From: an uncultured Poribacteria bacterium
Lineage (GTDB): Bacteria; Poribacteria; WGA-4E; WGA-3G
Length of the DNA stretch: 64,000 bases
Assembly: GCA_951813565.1 (NCBI GenBank)
Contig: OX638351.1
Coordinates: 863,389 to 927,388, forward strand
Reading direction: 5' to 3'
Below are positions 49,235 to 58,620 of the stretch, piece by piece. Made by a program: the position numbers and the translations under genes. The notes under the pieces were generated by a model. That model had not been told where the DNA came from and searched no databases. It saw only the letters and a list, made by a program, of their open reading frames with translations. Each line of letters begins with the position of its first letter. Position 1 is the first letter of the stretch.

Positions 49235-49957
49235 ATGGAAGATGCTAAAGCTAAGATTGACCAATTGCTACAAGACGGTTTCATATTATTAGAGGGTGCG
49301 TTATCACCTGAAGAAACCGAAAATATCCGTCAGCGGGTTAACTACGCGCGCGAACAGGGTTGGGAAGAGGGGTTGAACGCAGTCGGTAATATGTGGTTTG
49401 ATAGTCTGCTTGATCGTGAACCAGATACCTATGCACCACTTGTTGGGCATCCAAGTGTCCGTCCATATCTTGAGGGCTTAATGGGTAAACAGTGTCAACT
49501 TCGTAGTCTACGTGCCCATATCAATCCAGGTCCCTATCTACAGGAATGGCACATGGATTTTTACGGCTATTGGCACGAAAAGCGTTATGTTGAAGAACAT
49601 CCGTTTGCAATGGCACCCGCTGGTATCAATACTACCTACTATTTTCAAGACAACGGTCCAGGTGAAGGACATCTCAAGTTTGTGAAAGGTGGACATATAA
49701 ACGAACCGCCGCATCTGTATCCGTTAGACCGTCCCAAATTTGAGGAGTGGTGTGAGGAACAAGAACACGTTATTCTGTATCCAAAAGCGGGTGATTGTGT
49801 CGTGTTCATCAACCACATGCCACATCAAGGCGCAAAAGAACGTGATGATATGGAGCGGAGCAATGTTGTCTGCCATTATCAGGTTACACCGATGTATGAT
49901 GGTGTTTGGCACGTTTCACGTCCGCGCGGATATCAAGGCACCTTCCCGTTTGCTTAG
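49235..49957 (+). CDS. PhyH-family dioxygenase
   Basis: EWHMDF, FVKGGH, AGDCVVF...HQG. Confidence 0.85.
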   Translation: MEDAKAKIDQLLQDGFILLEGALSPEETENIRQRVNYAREQGWEEGLNAVGNMWFDSLLDREPDTYAPLVGHPSVRPYLEGLMGKQCQLRSLRAHINPGPYLQEWHMDFYGYWHEKRYVEEHPFAMAPAGINTTYYFQDNGPGEGHLKFVKGGHINEPPHLYPLDRPKFEEWCEEQEHVILYPKAGDCVVFINHMPHQGAKERDDMERSNVVCHYQVTPMYDGVWHVSRPRGYQGTFPFA

Positions 49958-50029
49958 AACAATCCTCTCTGTTTTAGGGCGGATGTTGTATCCGCTTACA
50001 TTCAATCTATTGGTCCAAATTTAAAAGAG

Positions 50030-50848
50030 GTGAAACTCATGCGAAACTTTATAGTTATCTTCTTTACAACTGTATTTCTGGCAGCGAGTTTTCAAATTAG
50101 CAGCACAGCCGATGAATTGGAAGGGTTAGTCGTTTATTTTGATTTTGAAGCTGGCGCAGGTAAAACCGTCACAGATATGTCTGGAAACGGACAGGAAGGA
50201 AAATTAGAAGGCGACACAGACTGGACCGACGGTAAATTTGGTAAAGGTCTCAATTTTGGTGGAAAGGACGGTATTGTACGGGTTGTTCATTCCCATCGAT
50301 TTGAATTTACCGATGGGCTCACTATTTGTGCATGGGTTCGTCCTACTTTAGAAGCCGGCCCGGGCACGTGGCAACTGATTGCAGCAAAAGGTCCCGATGT
50401 ACAAGAGTTTTTTGAGGTGCTCCTCCATCCGGATGGCTATATATGGATGGGATGGAGAATGTCAGACGGACGTAAAGTGCCTGCGAAAAGTCCCGTTAAA
50501 ATCGTAAAAGATAAATGGCAGCACGTTGCTGTTTCATTTCAGACGGGAGAATGGTGGACAGTTTACCTTGATGGTGAAGTGCTAATTAATCATCCGAAGC
50601 AAGATGGTAAATTAGTGCCTGTTGAATCACCGCTGTTACTGGGAACTGAGGAACCGCCCAACTTAAACCGCTATTATAACGGTGATATGGATGAGTTCGC
50701 TATGTTTAACCGTGGGCTTTCTCAAAATGAAATTAAAGAGATTCAGGGTGGGATTCAGGATATATTGGCTGTTGAACCTACTGATAAATTATCAACAACT
50801 TGGGGCACTCTGAAACGGAAGTATAGCATTCGTAGTGTGTCAAATTGA
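50030..50848 (+). CDS. Secreted LamG (concanavalin A-like) domain protein
   Basis: VYFDFE, GKFGKGLNF, WQHVAV, VYLDGE, GDMDEFAMFNRGLS. C-terminal AVEPTDKLSTTWGTLK. Confidence 0.88.
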   Translation: MKLMRNFIVIFFTTVFLAASFQISSTADELEGLVVYFDFEAGAGKTVTDMSGNGQEGKLEGDTDWTDGKFGKGLNFGGKDGIVRVVHSHRFEFTDGLTICAWVRPTLEAGPGTWQLIAAKGPDVQEFFEVLLHPDGYIWMGWRMSDGRKVPAKSPVKIVKDKWQHVAVSFQTGEWWTVYLDGEVLINHPKQDGKLVPVESPLLLGTEEPPNLNRYYNGDMDEFAMFNRGLSQNEIKEIQGGIQDILAVEPTDKLSTTWGTLKRKYSIRSVSN

Positions 50849-50944
50849 CAGACATTTTCAATATCTTCATTGAGATGATAACTGCCAATTTGACACACTA
50901 ACAGTGTGGAACTGTGTCTTGCTATTTCTTCGTAAGAGAATAGT

Positions 50945-52150
50945 GGGCGGGCACCAAATCAAGAAATCAACGGTATGAACGACATTTAGTCATTCACCGG
51001 GTATGAATGCCTTTGGCAGAATACGCTGAATCAACGTCAAGCGCGCGTTTGGCACTTATCGGGTATCTGCATGATTTGACGAGTGTTAATTTAAGGCATG
51101 CAATCCCCGTTCACATCGTAGGGCCAAATCAACGCCAAATGCGCTTTTTGGCATTTGGCGGGGTCTTCTGTGCCCCGCCATGTGTCAGGAACATGTCAAG
51201 CAACGGGCGGGCACCAAATCAAGAAATCAACGGTATGAACCATGGCGAATGCCATACGGGGAATGCCAAAGGGCATTCATACCGTTGATTTGGCGCATTC
51301 GTCTTTAGTCATTCACCGGGTATGAATGCCTTTTGGCATTCCCCGGAGACCCGCCCCTACAATAAGGGTGAGGTTTGTAGGTTGTATTTAATAGCGTCCA
51401 ACCTGAAATAAATCCTTAAATTGATACCTATGGGTAGAACGTAGCGAAACCCAACGAAAAATCCTTAAATAACGTGAGTTTGATAATTAACTGGACAGGC
51501 AAAAATTGAACAGAGAACGGGCATATTTGCTGAAAAAATCGTTATTTTGGTGTTTTTAACCCCCTAAATCCCCTTATCAGAGGGACTTTAAGAGGAAATG
51601 TGGAAGTTCTAACTATTTATCAAACTCACGTTTAAATAGATGTCTATGTTGCGGTTAGAAAACCACAACTATTGGGATGTTCGCATATTTCAGAATTTAC
51701 TATAATAACCTAAGTTGCTACGGACAAGATTTCAAGCTTGTAGACATTGCTTTTTACTGAAAAACAAGGATTTCCAGCTAATTCTTATGCTTTCTTTTTT
51801 AAATCGGGGTTAGAAACCCCTCCTACAAGAGCATTCGCGATATAGGTAGCAACTTGGGTTATAATAACCTAAGTTGCTACCTATGTAGCACAAACTTTAT
51901 GAAGATTAACTTATTCTTTTGGTAATTTCTGTCCGTACGAGGCAGATGTGCCCGCTGCTGGCGAGGTTTCCTAACCTCGCTAAATTACCGATTTATTTTC
52001 TTAAACTTCATTTATAATGAACTTTAGAATTAACAGGACATTTTGAGTTGTGAATCAACGCCAAATGCGCGTTTGGCATTTGGCGGGAGGGAACTCCGAT
52101 TCCCGACTATCAGTGAATTTCATCGCGATTCGGAGATCGCTCCTACAGAA
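50945..52150. repeat. Cluster of nested REP/MITE-like repeats
   Basis: AATCAAC hairpins, a TAACGTGAGTTTGATAA shell (51470-51633), an ATAACCTAAGTTGCTAC shell and GTAG-type REPs. Confidence 0.8.
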
Positions 52151-52278
52151 AGTGTGCCTCTTTAATTTGAAGGTTCACCATAGTTTGTGCACTATTAGAC
52201 GCAAACTAAAAGTTTGCGCTACGATATTTCACGTTAGGTTATATATTTCACGTTAGGTTATAATTGAAGAGATAGATG

Positions 52279-52295
52279 TTGGCACAGATATTGCA
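52279..52295 (+). promoter_or_regulatory. sigma54 -24/-12 promoter upstream of dnaK
   Basis: TTGGCAC-AGATA-TTGCA with exact GG-N10-GC spacing, 55 nt before the ATG. Confidence 0.7.
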
Positions 52296-52350
52296 CTTAT
52301 ATTTTTAGCAAATTATACAAACAAAACAATTTATACTATTGGAGATTAAA

Positions 52351-54273
52351 ATGGGTAAAGTAATTGGAATTGATTTAGGAACAACAAATTCTTGTGTAGC
52401 TATCTTAGAGAGCGGTGATCCTAAGGTAATTGAAAATACAGAGGGAAATCGGACGACTCCTTCAGTTGTCGGTTTTACCAAAGAAGGGGAGCGTCCCGTT
52501 GGACAGGTAGCCAAAAGACAAGCCATCACAAATCCTGAAAACACAATTTTTTCTATTAAACGGTTCATGGGACGAAAACATAATGAACTCGGAGACGATA
52601 CATCTCGCGTGCCTTATGAATTAAAAAGTGATAAAGATGGTGATGTTGCCGTGAACATTGATGGTAAAGAATACTCGCCGCCCGAAATATCCGCAATGGT
52701 TTTGCGGAAAATGAAGGAAACCGCAGAGGCGTATCTTGGGGAAGAGGTTACACAAGCGGTAATCACCGTGCCAGCCTATTTCAATGATGCCCAACGCCAG
52801 GCGACAGCAGATGCAGGCAAAATAGCAGGATTGGAAGTTCTGCGGATTATTAACGAACCGACCGCTGCTTCACTCGCCTACGGGTTGCAAAATGAAGGCG
52901 ATAAGAAAATCGCTGTCTACGACCTTGGTGGTGGTACGTTTGATATCTCTATTTTAGAAATCGGAGACGGGGTGTTTGAAGTTAAAAGCACAAACGGTGA
53001 TACCCATCTTGGTGGAGACGATTTTGACCAAGCGATTATTGATTGGATGGCGCAGGAATTTCTCAGTAGCCAAGGCATTGACCTGCGTAATGACCAGATG
53101 GCGCTGCAACGGCTGAAAGAGGCAGCAGAAACGGCAAAGTGTGAGCTTTCCAGCACGCAACAGACGGATATCAATCTGCCTTTTATTACAAGTGATGCCA
53201 GCGGTCCTAAGCACCTTAATTTAACACTCACGCGCGCAAAACTTGAACAAATTACAGATGACTTGGTTGAACGTTCCCTTGCACCGTGCCGACAAGCGCT
53301 CTCGGATGCTGAGATGCAATCCTCTGATATTGATGAAGTTATACTCGTCGGTGGACAGACACGGATGCCAAAAGTACAGGAGGCTGTGCAGCAACTCTTT
53401 GGCAAAGAACCACACAAAGGTGTTAACCCTGACGAGGTTGTCGCAGTTGGTGCAGCAATTCAGGGCGGTGTACTTGCTGGTGATGAGGAAGTTAAAGATA
53501 TTTTGTTGCTGGATGTTACGCCGCTATCACTCGGTATTGAGACGCTCGGTGGGATGTTTACGCGGTTAATCGAAAAAAATACCACGATTCCAACGAAAAA
53601 GTCCGAGAAGTTTACAACGGCAGAAGACAATCAAACGGCAGTTGATGTGCATGTCCTACAAGGTGAACGGGAACAGGCTGTCTACAACAAAACGATTGGC
53701 AGGTTCCGACTGGGCGATATTCCACCGGCACCCAGAGGTGTTCCACAGATTGAGGTTACGTTTGATATTGATGCAAACGGCATTCTGAACGTGTCTGCTA
53801 AGGATACAGCAACAGGTAAGGAGCAAAAGATTACAATTACTGCTTCCTCCGGACTTAGCGATGCTGAAATTGATCAGATGATGAAAGATGCGGAAACACA
53901 CGCTGAAGAGGATAAACAGAAGCGGGAAGAAGTTGAGACACGCAACCGCGCTGATTCTTTAGTCTATGAAACTGAGAAAAACTTGAAAGAATTCGGGGAC
54001 AAGGTAGACGATGCGACTAAGGAAAAGGTTAACGCTGGCGTTGAACGCGTCAAGCAAGCGCTGGAAGCGAACAACAATGCTGAGATAAAATCTGCTACTG
54101 ATGACCTGATGCAGATATGGCATGAAGCTTCAGCACAGCTTTACCAACAGGCTGCAGATGCTGATCCTGGGGCAGCCGCTGAAGACGCTCCTTCTGAAGA
54201 TGCTGCAGATAGTGATGTCGTTGATGCTGAATACGAAGTCGTTGATGAGGATGAGAATAAGGACGAGAAGTAG
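52351..54273 (+). CDS. dnaK: Chaperone DnaK
   Basis: [48 protein letters not shown]. Confidence 0.98.
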   Translation: MGKVIGIDLGTTNSCVAILESGDPKVIENTEGNRTTPSVVGFTKEGERPVGQVAKRQAITNPENTIFSIKRFMGRKHNELGDDTSRVPYELKSDKDGDVAVNIDGKEYSPPEISAMVLRKMKETAEAYLGEEVTQAVITVPAYFNDAQRQATADAGKIAGLEVLRIINEPTAASLAYGLQNEGDKKIAVYDLGGGTFDISILEIGDGVFEVKSTNGDTHLGGDDFDQAIIDWMAQEFLSSQGIDLRNDQMALQRLKEAAETAKCELSSTQQTDINLPFITSDASGPKHLNLTLTRAKLEQITDDLVERSLAPCRQALSDAEMQSSDIDEVILVGGQTRMPKVQEAVQQLFGKEPHKGVNPDEVVAVGAAIQGGVLAGDEEVKDILLLDVTPLSLGIETLGGMFTRLIEKNTTIPTKKSEKFTTAEDNQTAVDVHVLQGEREQAVYNKTIGRFRLGDIPPAPRGVPQIEVTFDIDANGILNVSAKDTATGKEQKITITASSGLSDAEIDQMMKDAETHAEEDKQKREEVETRNRADSLVYETEKNLKEFGDKVDDATKEKVNAGVERVKQALEANNNAEIKSATDDLMQIWHEASAQLYQQAADADPGAAAEDAPSEDAADSDVVDAEYEVVDEDENKDEK

Positions 54274-54278
54274 GCAGC

Positions 54279-54940
54279 CCCATAGGTGTCAACTTAAGAA
54301 CATAATTACCAGATTGTCTCTTGTAGGAGGGCTTTCTAAGCCCGATTTTGTGAGACTCAAACTGTTAAATCCAAATCAACGCAGCATGCGCCAAATCAAG
54401 AAATCAACGGTATGAATCATGGCGAATCATGTAGAATACCAAAAGCGTATTCTACCAAGCGCATTCGTCTTTAGTCATTCACCGGGTATGAATGCCTGTT
54501 GGCATTCCCCGTATGGCATGCTGCCAAATCAACGCTGAATGCGCGTGTAGGCATTCATCCAAATCAACGCAGCATGCGCCAAATCAAGAAATCAACGGTA
54601 TGAATCATGGCGAATCATGTAGAATACCAAAAGCGTATTCTACCAAGCGCATTCGTCTTTAGTCATTCACCGGGTCCGAATGCCTGTTGGCATTCCCCGT
54701 ATGGCATGCTGCCAAATCAACGCTGAATGCGCGTGTAGACATTCATCCAAATCAACGCAGCATGCGCGTATGGCATGCTGCCAAATCAACGCTGAATGCG
54801 CGTGTAGGCATTCATCCAAATCAACGCTGAATGCGCGTGTAGGCATTCATCCAAATCAACGCTGAATGCGCGTGTAGGCATTCATCGGGGTTGAAAACCC
54901 CTCCCACAAGAAGAAATTTCCTTAAGTTGACACTTATGGG
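54279..54940. mobile_element. Composite palindromic element inserted in the dnaK terminator
   Basis: 20-bp imperfect TIR CCCATAGGTGTCAACTTAAG / CTTAAGTTGACACTTATGGG. GAGAAGTAGGCAGCCC repeated at 54265-80 and 54942-57. Confidence 0.75.
54371..54885 (+). repeat. Tandem array of CCAAATCAAC-hairpin modules
   Basis: 188-bp unit twice (54371, 54559), a 34-bp unit (54747), and a 35-bp unit three times (54781, 54816, 54851). Confidence 0.9.
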
Positions 54941-54942
54941 GG

Positions 54943-54972
54943 AGAAGTAGGCAGCCCACAGCCGCCTACTTC
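54943..54972 (+). terminator. Original dnaK terminator hairpin (displaced copy)
   Basis: AGAAGTAGGC...GCCTACTTCT stem. Its 5' arm is also present at the dnaK stop. Confidence 0.6.
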
Positions 54973-55013
54973 TATCCAAGAGGTGTTACTGATGTTTATA
55001 GCGAGTTTACATT

Positions 55014-55316
55014 AGACATTATAACGTTTTAATTGTGAGTTATTGGTCTGCGGAAAAATCTTATGTTTGTCCGTTGGGCAGATGAGGCATCGCGCGCAAC
55101 TTTCTGAATCGCGGATTTATCGGATGACGCAGATGGCACGGATTATTGGATACTGGTAACAACAAGTCGTTTTCATAATGTCCGGTCAATAACAGAAGGC
55201 GTGCATGCGTCCGTTGAATGTGCGGATACCAAGTTCTTAGAATCCGCGTCATCCGATAAATCTGCGATAATCCGCGATTCTGACAACACAACGCAGATTA
55301 AATCATTATAATGTCT
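55014..55316. mobile_element. 303-bp MITE, copy 1 (3-bp TSD ATT)
   Basis: TIR AGACATTATAA. ATT at 55011-13 and 55317-19. Near-identical inverted copy at 61795-62096. Confidence 0.85.
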
Positions 55317-55375
55317 ATTAGAATCTGTAGTACCAACGTTTCAACTTGAAAAGATTGACACCGTAGGTCTCTTTT

Positions 55376-55421
55376 GTCATAGGTACCCACTACCTAAAGG
55401 TAGGGGGTTTGACGGGGAGTG
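55376..55421 (-). mobile_element. 46-bp minimal relic of the TTAG tnpB element (left tip, one hairpin, right tip)
   Basis: Minus strand reads TTAG|CACTCCCCGTCAAACCCCCTACCTTTAGGTAGTGGGTACCTATGAC|. Confidence 0.85.
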
Positions 55422-56220
55422 CTAAAATAGAGCCAGTGACCCGAGTGAGTATCTCACGACGGGATTAGCGAAGAAGGCACCATTAGCCACCGCTATCGGC
55501 ACCGAGAAAGCAAGGTCAGAAATGATTGTGGCCGATGTGCTTGTTGAACTCCTGGAACACCTGGATCGTCGCATCAGTCTGTTTTCTGGCATTGACTTTA
55601 ATGTTGATGTTGAAAACGGTCTGACTGGTGTATGCGATTTTTTGGTGAGTCTGTCACCGAACCAATTTTATTTAGAGGCACCTGTCATTATCCTTGTTGA
55701 GGCAAAAAATACTGATGTGAAATTGGGGCTTGGACAATGTGTTGCAGAGATGCTCGCCGCCCAACGTTTTAACGCAGAAAGAGGAATGATATCCCTTGCG
55801 TTTATGGGGCTTCCACGACAGGAATAGATTGGCTGTTCCTTAAATTACAGGAAAATAACCTACACATTGATATGTCAGCCTATACGATTGAGCGGTGTGA
55901 CAGGATCCTTGGCATCCTCTCAAGTATGGTGTCCCAGGAGGTGTGATAGTGTATTTGACTACGGCTCCAAAATTACGGTTACTTGTTTTTCTGTGGACGA
56001 GTCAACGGAAGCAATGGCATAGTAAAATCTTCAGGAGTTAACTATAAAAAACTATCTTGTCCATTCATTTTGTTACCTGCTACTATTTGCCATTGTCTTC
56101 ACTGGATGCAGCGAGCGCGATAGAAACTTTATAGTTAAATCCCAAATATGTGAATCACCCTTTGTAGGTGTGGTTTGAAACCGCACCGGACATAATCTGG
56201 AATTACCTAATTTATTTGAG

Positions 56221-56576
56221 GGGTGTGCATAAACATCTATAACAAAATAGTAATTTCACCCTGTGTTTTTTATTTATTGCGGATTCTACAATTAACTGGA
56301 CATCTGAGCTGTCCGAGGGAACTCCGATTCCCGACTATTAGTGGTTTCGTCGCGATTCGGAGATCGCTCCTACAGAATATATGTGAACTTATTTAGAGTA
56401 GTGCATCTCATAAATCGGAATTTGTTGTTTCACTACGCTCAATCTAAGCCGTAAAATACTAATGCAAATGTCCGAGGCGCAATAAATTGCGCGACTACAA
56501 ACGCGTTTCTATAAATCAAGCGGCACCTGGCGCCTGTCCCTGTCTGTGTTGATGCGCCAAATATTTATGCACACCC
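56221..56576. repeat. MITE-like element bounded by GGGTGTGCATAAA inverted repeats, filled with REPs
   Basis: IRs at 56221-33 and 56564-76 resemble the 13517 IS TIR. Confidence 0.6.
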
Positions 56577-56688
56577 TCAGTTAAGGTACATAGTTTGATT
56601 AGAACAAAACCCATCTCATGTGATACCTAATGACCTAAAGTTCTACGACGATAATGATATACTTATTTAGGTGATAACGTGGGTTATT

Positions 56689-57507
56689 CTATCTCGTGTT
56701 CTTAATTTGTCCCCATGTAATGCTCAGCTTATCTGCAGGTTCAACAGGAGTAAACGGATTACCAGACACATTAGCAAGATGTGTGACTTCTTCTGCAGAG
56801 AGTGCTCGGTGGAACATTAGGAACTCATCCATCAATCCATTGAATGCCCATGTGGGCCCAACGTTACCATTAAAAGCCGGAGCTTCTGAGCCAATTCCGA
56901 TGAACCCGTAACGTGTCACCGCCTTTCCAATCATTTTGTTGTCTGTATCTGTGGCTGCCTCTACATCCAATTCACCGTCAACGTATATCCGTTTCATTTC
57001 AGCATCGAAGGTTACCACGATATGGTGCCATTGGTCGTCCGTAACTTCAACGTTACCGTGCCAATCCTTAATAGGGCAACAGACATCAAAACCGGCAAAG
57101 GTCAAATTTCCGAGCACATCATCACCAGCACCAAAACGGAAAAATTCACTACGATCCCAAGAGGCGATCATGCCTCTTTGTGCTGTCTTAATCCATACCG
57201 CCATGCTAAGTTCCGGAAATACGTCGGCATAATGATGATTTTGCACTGAAATAAAGTTTGCTGCGCCACCTGGGAATGCCATACACTCGTTAACTTTGCC
57301 TTCCACAACGTTAAGATCCCCACGTATCAGACCATGATTTTCATTTTCTGACCCATCCAAAACCTCACCATCTCCGAGGCTGTCCTCGTCAAAGCTATAA
57401 TAGATGATAAGCTCATTTTCGCTGATTCCCTGCGCGTGGGCAGTTAGCACGGGGACTGTTAGTATAAGCGTTAATGCCAAAAGCTTTAATATTACAGTGG
57501 TTTTCAT
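56689..57507 (-). CDS. Secreted LamG domain protein (paralog 1)
   Basis: YYSFDE, WHHIVV, IYVDGE, GLMDEF. C-terminal VEPADKLSITWGQIK. Confidence 0.88.
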   Translation of the reverse strand: MKTTVILKLLALTLILTVPVLTAHAQGISENELIIYYSFDEDSLGDGEVLDGSENENHGLIRGDLNVVEGKVNECMAFPGGAANFISVQNHHYADVFPELSMAVWIKTAQRGMIASWDRSEFFRFGAGDDVLGNLTFAGFDVCCPIKDWHGNVEVTDDQWHHIVVTFDAEMKRIYVDGELDVEAATDTDNKMIGKAVTRYGFIGIGSEAPAFNGNVGPTWAFNGLMDEFLMFHRALSAEEVTHLANVSGNPFTPVEPADKLSITWGQIKNTR

Positions 57508-57749
57508 TTTAGATCTCCTTAATTTATAGACGCCTTTACAGGTGCATTAATTGAAGTTCCTTAGAGTAATTTGACGAAACCCATCTCATGTGATGTCCGT
57601 CAATTTACGGTGGATCAATATTCTATTCAAAAGTTTCTGTTGGATTCTGCTCCAACGGTCCGGATTGAATACAACTTATAAAACAACATGGCGTCTAAGG
57701 TTCTACGCCGATAATGATATACCTATTGTAGGTAGTAACTTGGTTTATT

Positions 57750-58565
57750 CTATTTCACACTCTTAATTTTTCCCCATGTAATACTCAATTTGTCCGCAGG
57801 TTCAACAGCAAACGGATTCCCACGCGCATTAGCAAGACTTTCAACCTCATCTTTAGAAAATGCTCGGTGGAACAGAAAGAATTCATCCATCAACCCATTG
57901 AAAGCCCAGTTGGGACCAACAGCGCCACCAAAAGCACCAGCTTCCGAACCAATTCCGATAAATCCGTAACGTGTGATCACTTTTCCAATCATTTTGTTGT
58001 TTGTATCTGTGGGTGCTTCCACATCTAATTCACCATCGACGTATATCCGCTTCATTTCAGCATCAAAGGTTGCCACGACATGATGCCATTGGTCGTCCGT
58101 AACTTTGACGTCCCCGTGCCAATCCTTTATAGGACAACAGACATCAAAACCGACAAAAGTCAAATTTCCGAGCACATCATCACCAGCACCAAAACGGAAA
58201 AATTCACTCCGATCCCAAGATGCAATCATTCCCCTTTGTGCTGTCTTAATCCATACAGCGAGCGTCAGTTCTGGAAATAGGTCGGCATAATGGTGATTTT
58301 GCACCGCAATATAATTGGCTGCGCCCCCTGGGAACTCCATACATTCGTTAACTTTACCCTCCACAATCTTGAGATTACCACGTAGTAAACCGTGATTCTC
58401 ATTTTCTGAACCATCTAAGACCTCTCCCTTTTCAAGGGTGTCCTTGTCAAAACTATAGTAGATGATAAGCTCATCATCACTGATACCACGCGCATGGGTA
58501 GTCAACGCTGGGACTGTTAATATTAATGTTAACGTCAAAAGTATTAGAATAAAAGTGGCTTTCAT
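57750..58565 (-). CDS. Secreted LamG domain protein (paralog 2)
   Basis: Collinear and highly similar to 56689-57507. Start moved to MKATF. Confidence 0.88.
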   Translation of the reverse strand: MKATFILILLTLTLILTVPALTTHARGISDDELIIYYSFDKDTLEKGEVLDGSENENHGLLRGNLKIVEGKVNECMEFPGGAANYIAVQNHHYADLFPELTLAVWIKTAQRGMIASWDRSEFFRFGAGDDVLGNLTFVGFDVCCPIKDWHGDVKVTDDQWHHVVATFDAEMKRIYVDGELDVEAPTDTNNKMIGKVITRYGFIGIGSEAGAFGGAVGPNWAFNGLMDEFFLFHRAFSKDEVESLANARGNPFAVEPADKLSITWGKIKSVK

Positions 58566-58620
58566 TATAATGCTCCTTTTTATAGTTAAGTGCGTTTTCA
58601 ACGCGTAGATTTTAGTTAGG

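Larger units (their letters stand above)
54992..55946 (+). pseudogene. Small PD-(D/E)xK/HsdR_N-like protein gene, with two insertions and frameshifts
   Basis: Reconstructs as YSEFTL|ESVVPTFQL...GLF|SKIEPV..PSEYL...TEKARSEMIV...GVCDFL...LVEAK...GQCVAEM...YGASTTGIDWLFL. Confidence 0.75.

Noticed and set aside
52296-52320. CIRCE element before dnaK
   Set aside because: Only a TTAGCA half-match, with no TTAGCACTC-N9-GAGTGCTAA inverted repeat.
54371-54885. CRISPR array
   Set aside because: The 35-bp units abut with no unique spacers, the larger units are duplicates, and no cas genes are present.
51007-55291. Short ORFs over repeat DNA (51007-51288, 52050-52256, 54680-54865, 55061-55291; also 22606-23027, 61822-62246)
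   Set aside because: They are translations of repeat elements, and the same peptides recur wherever the repeat does.
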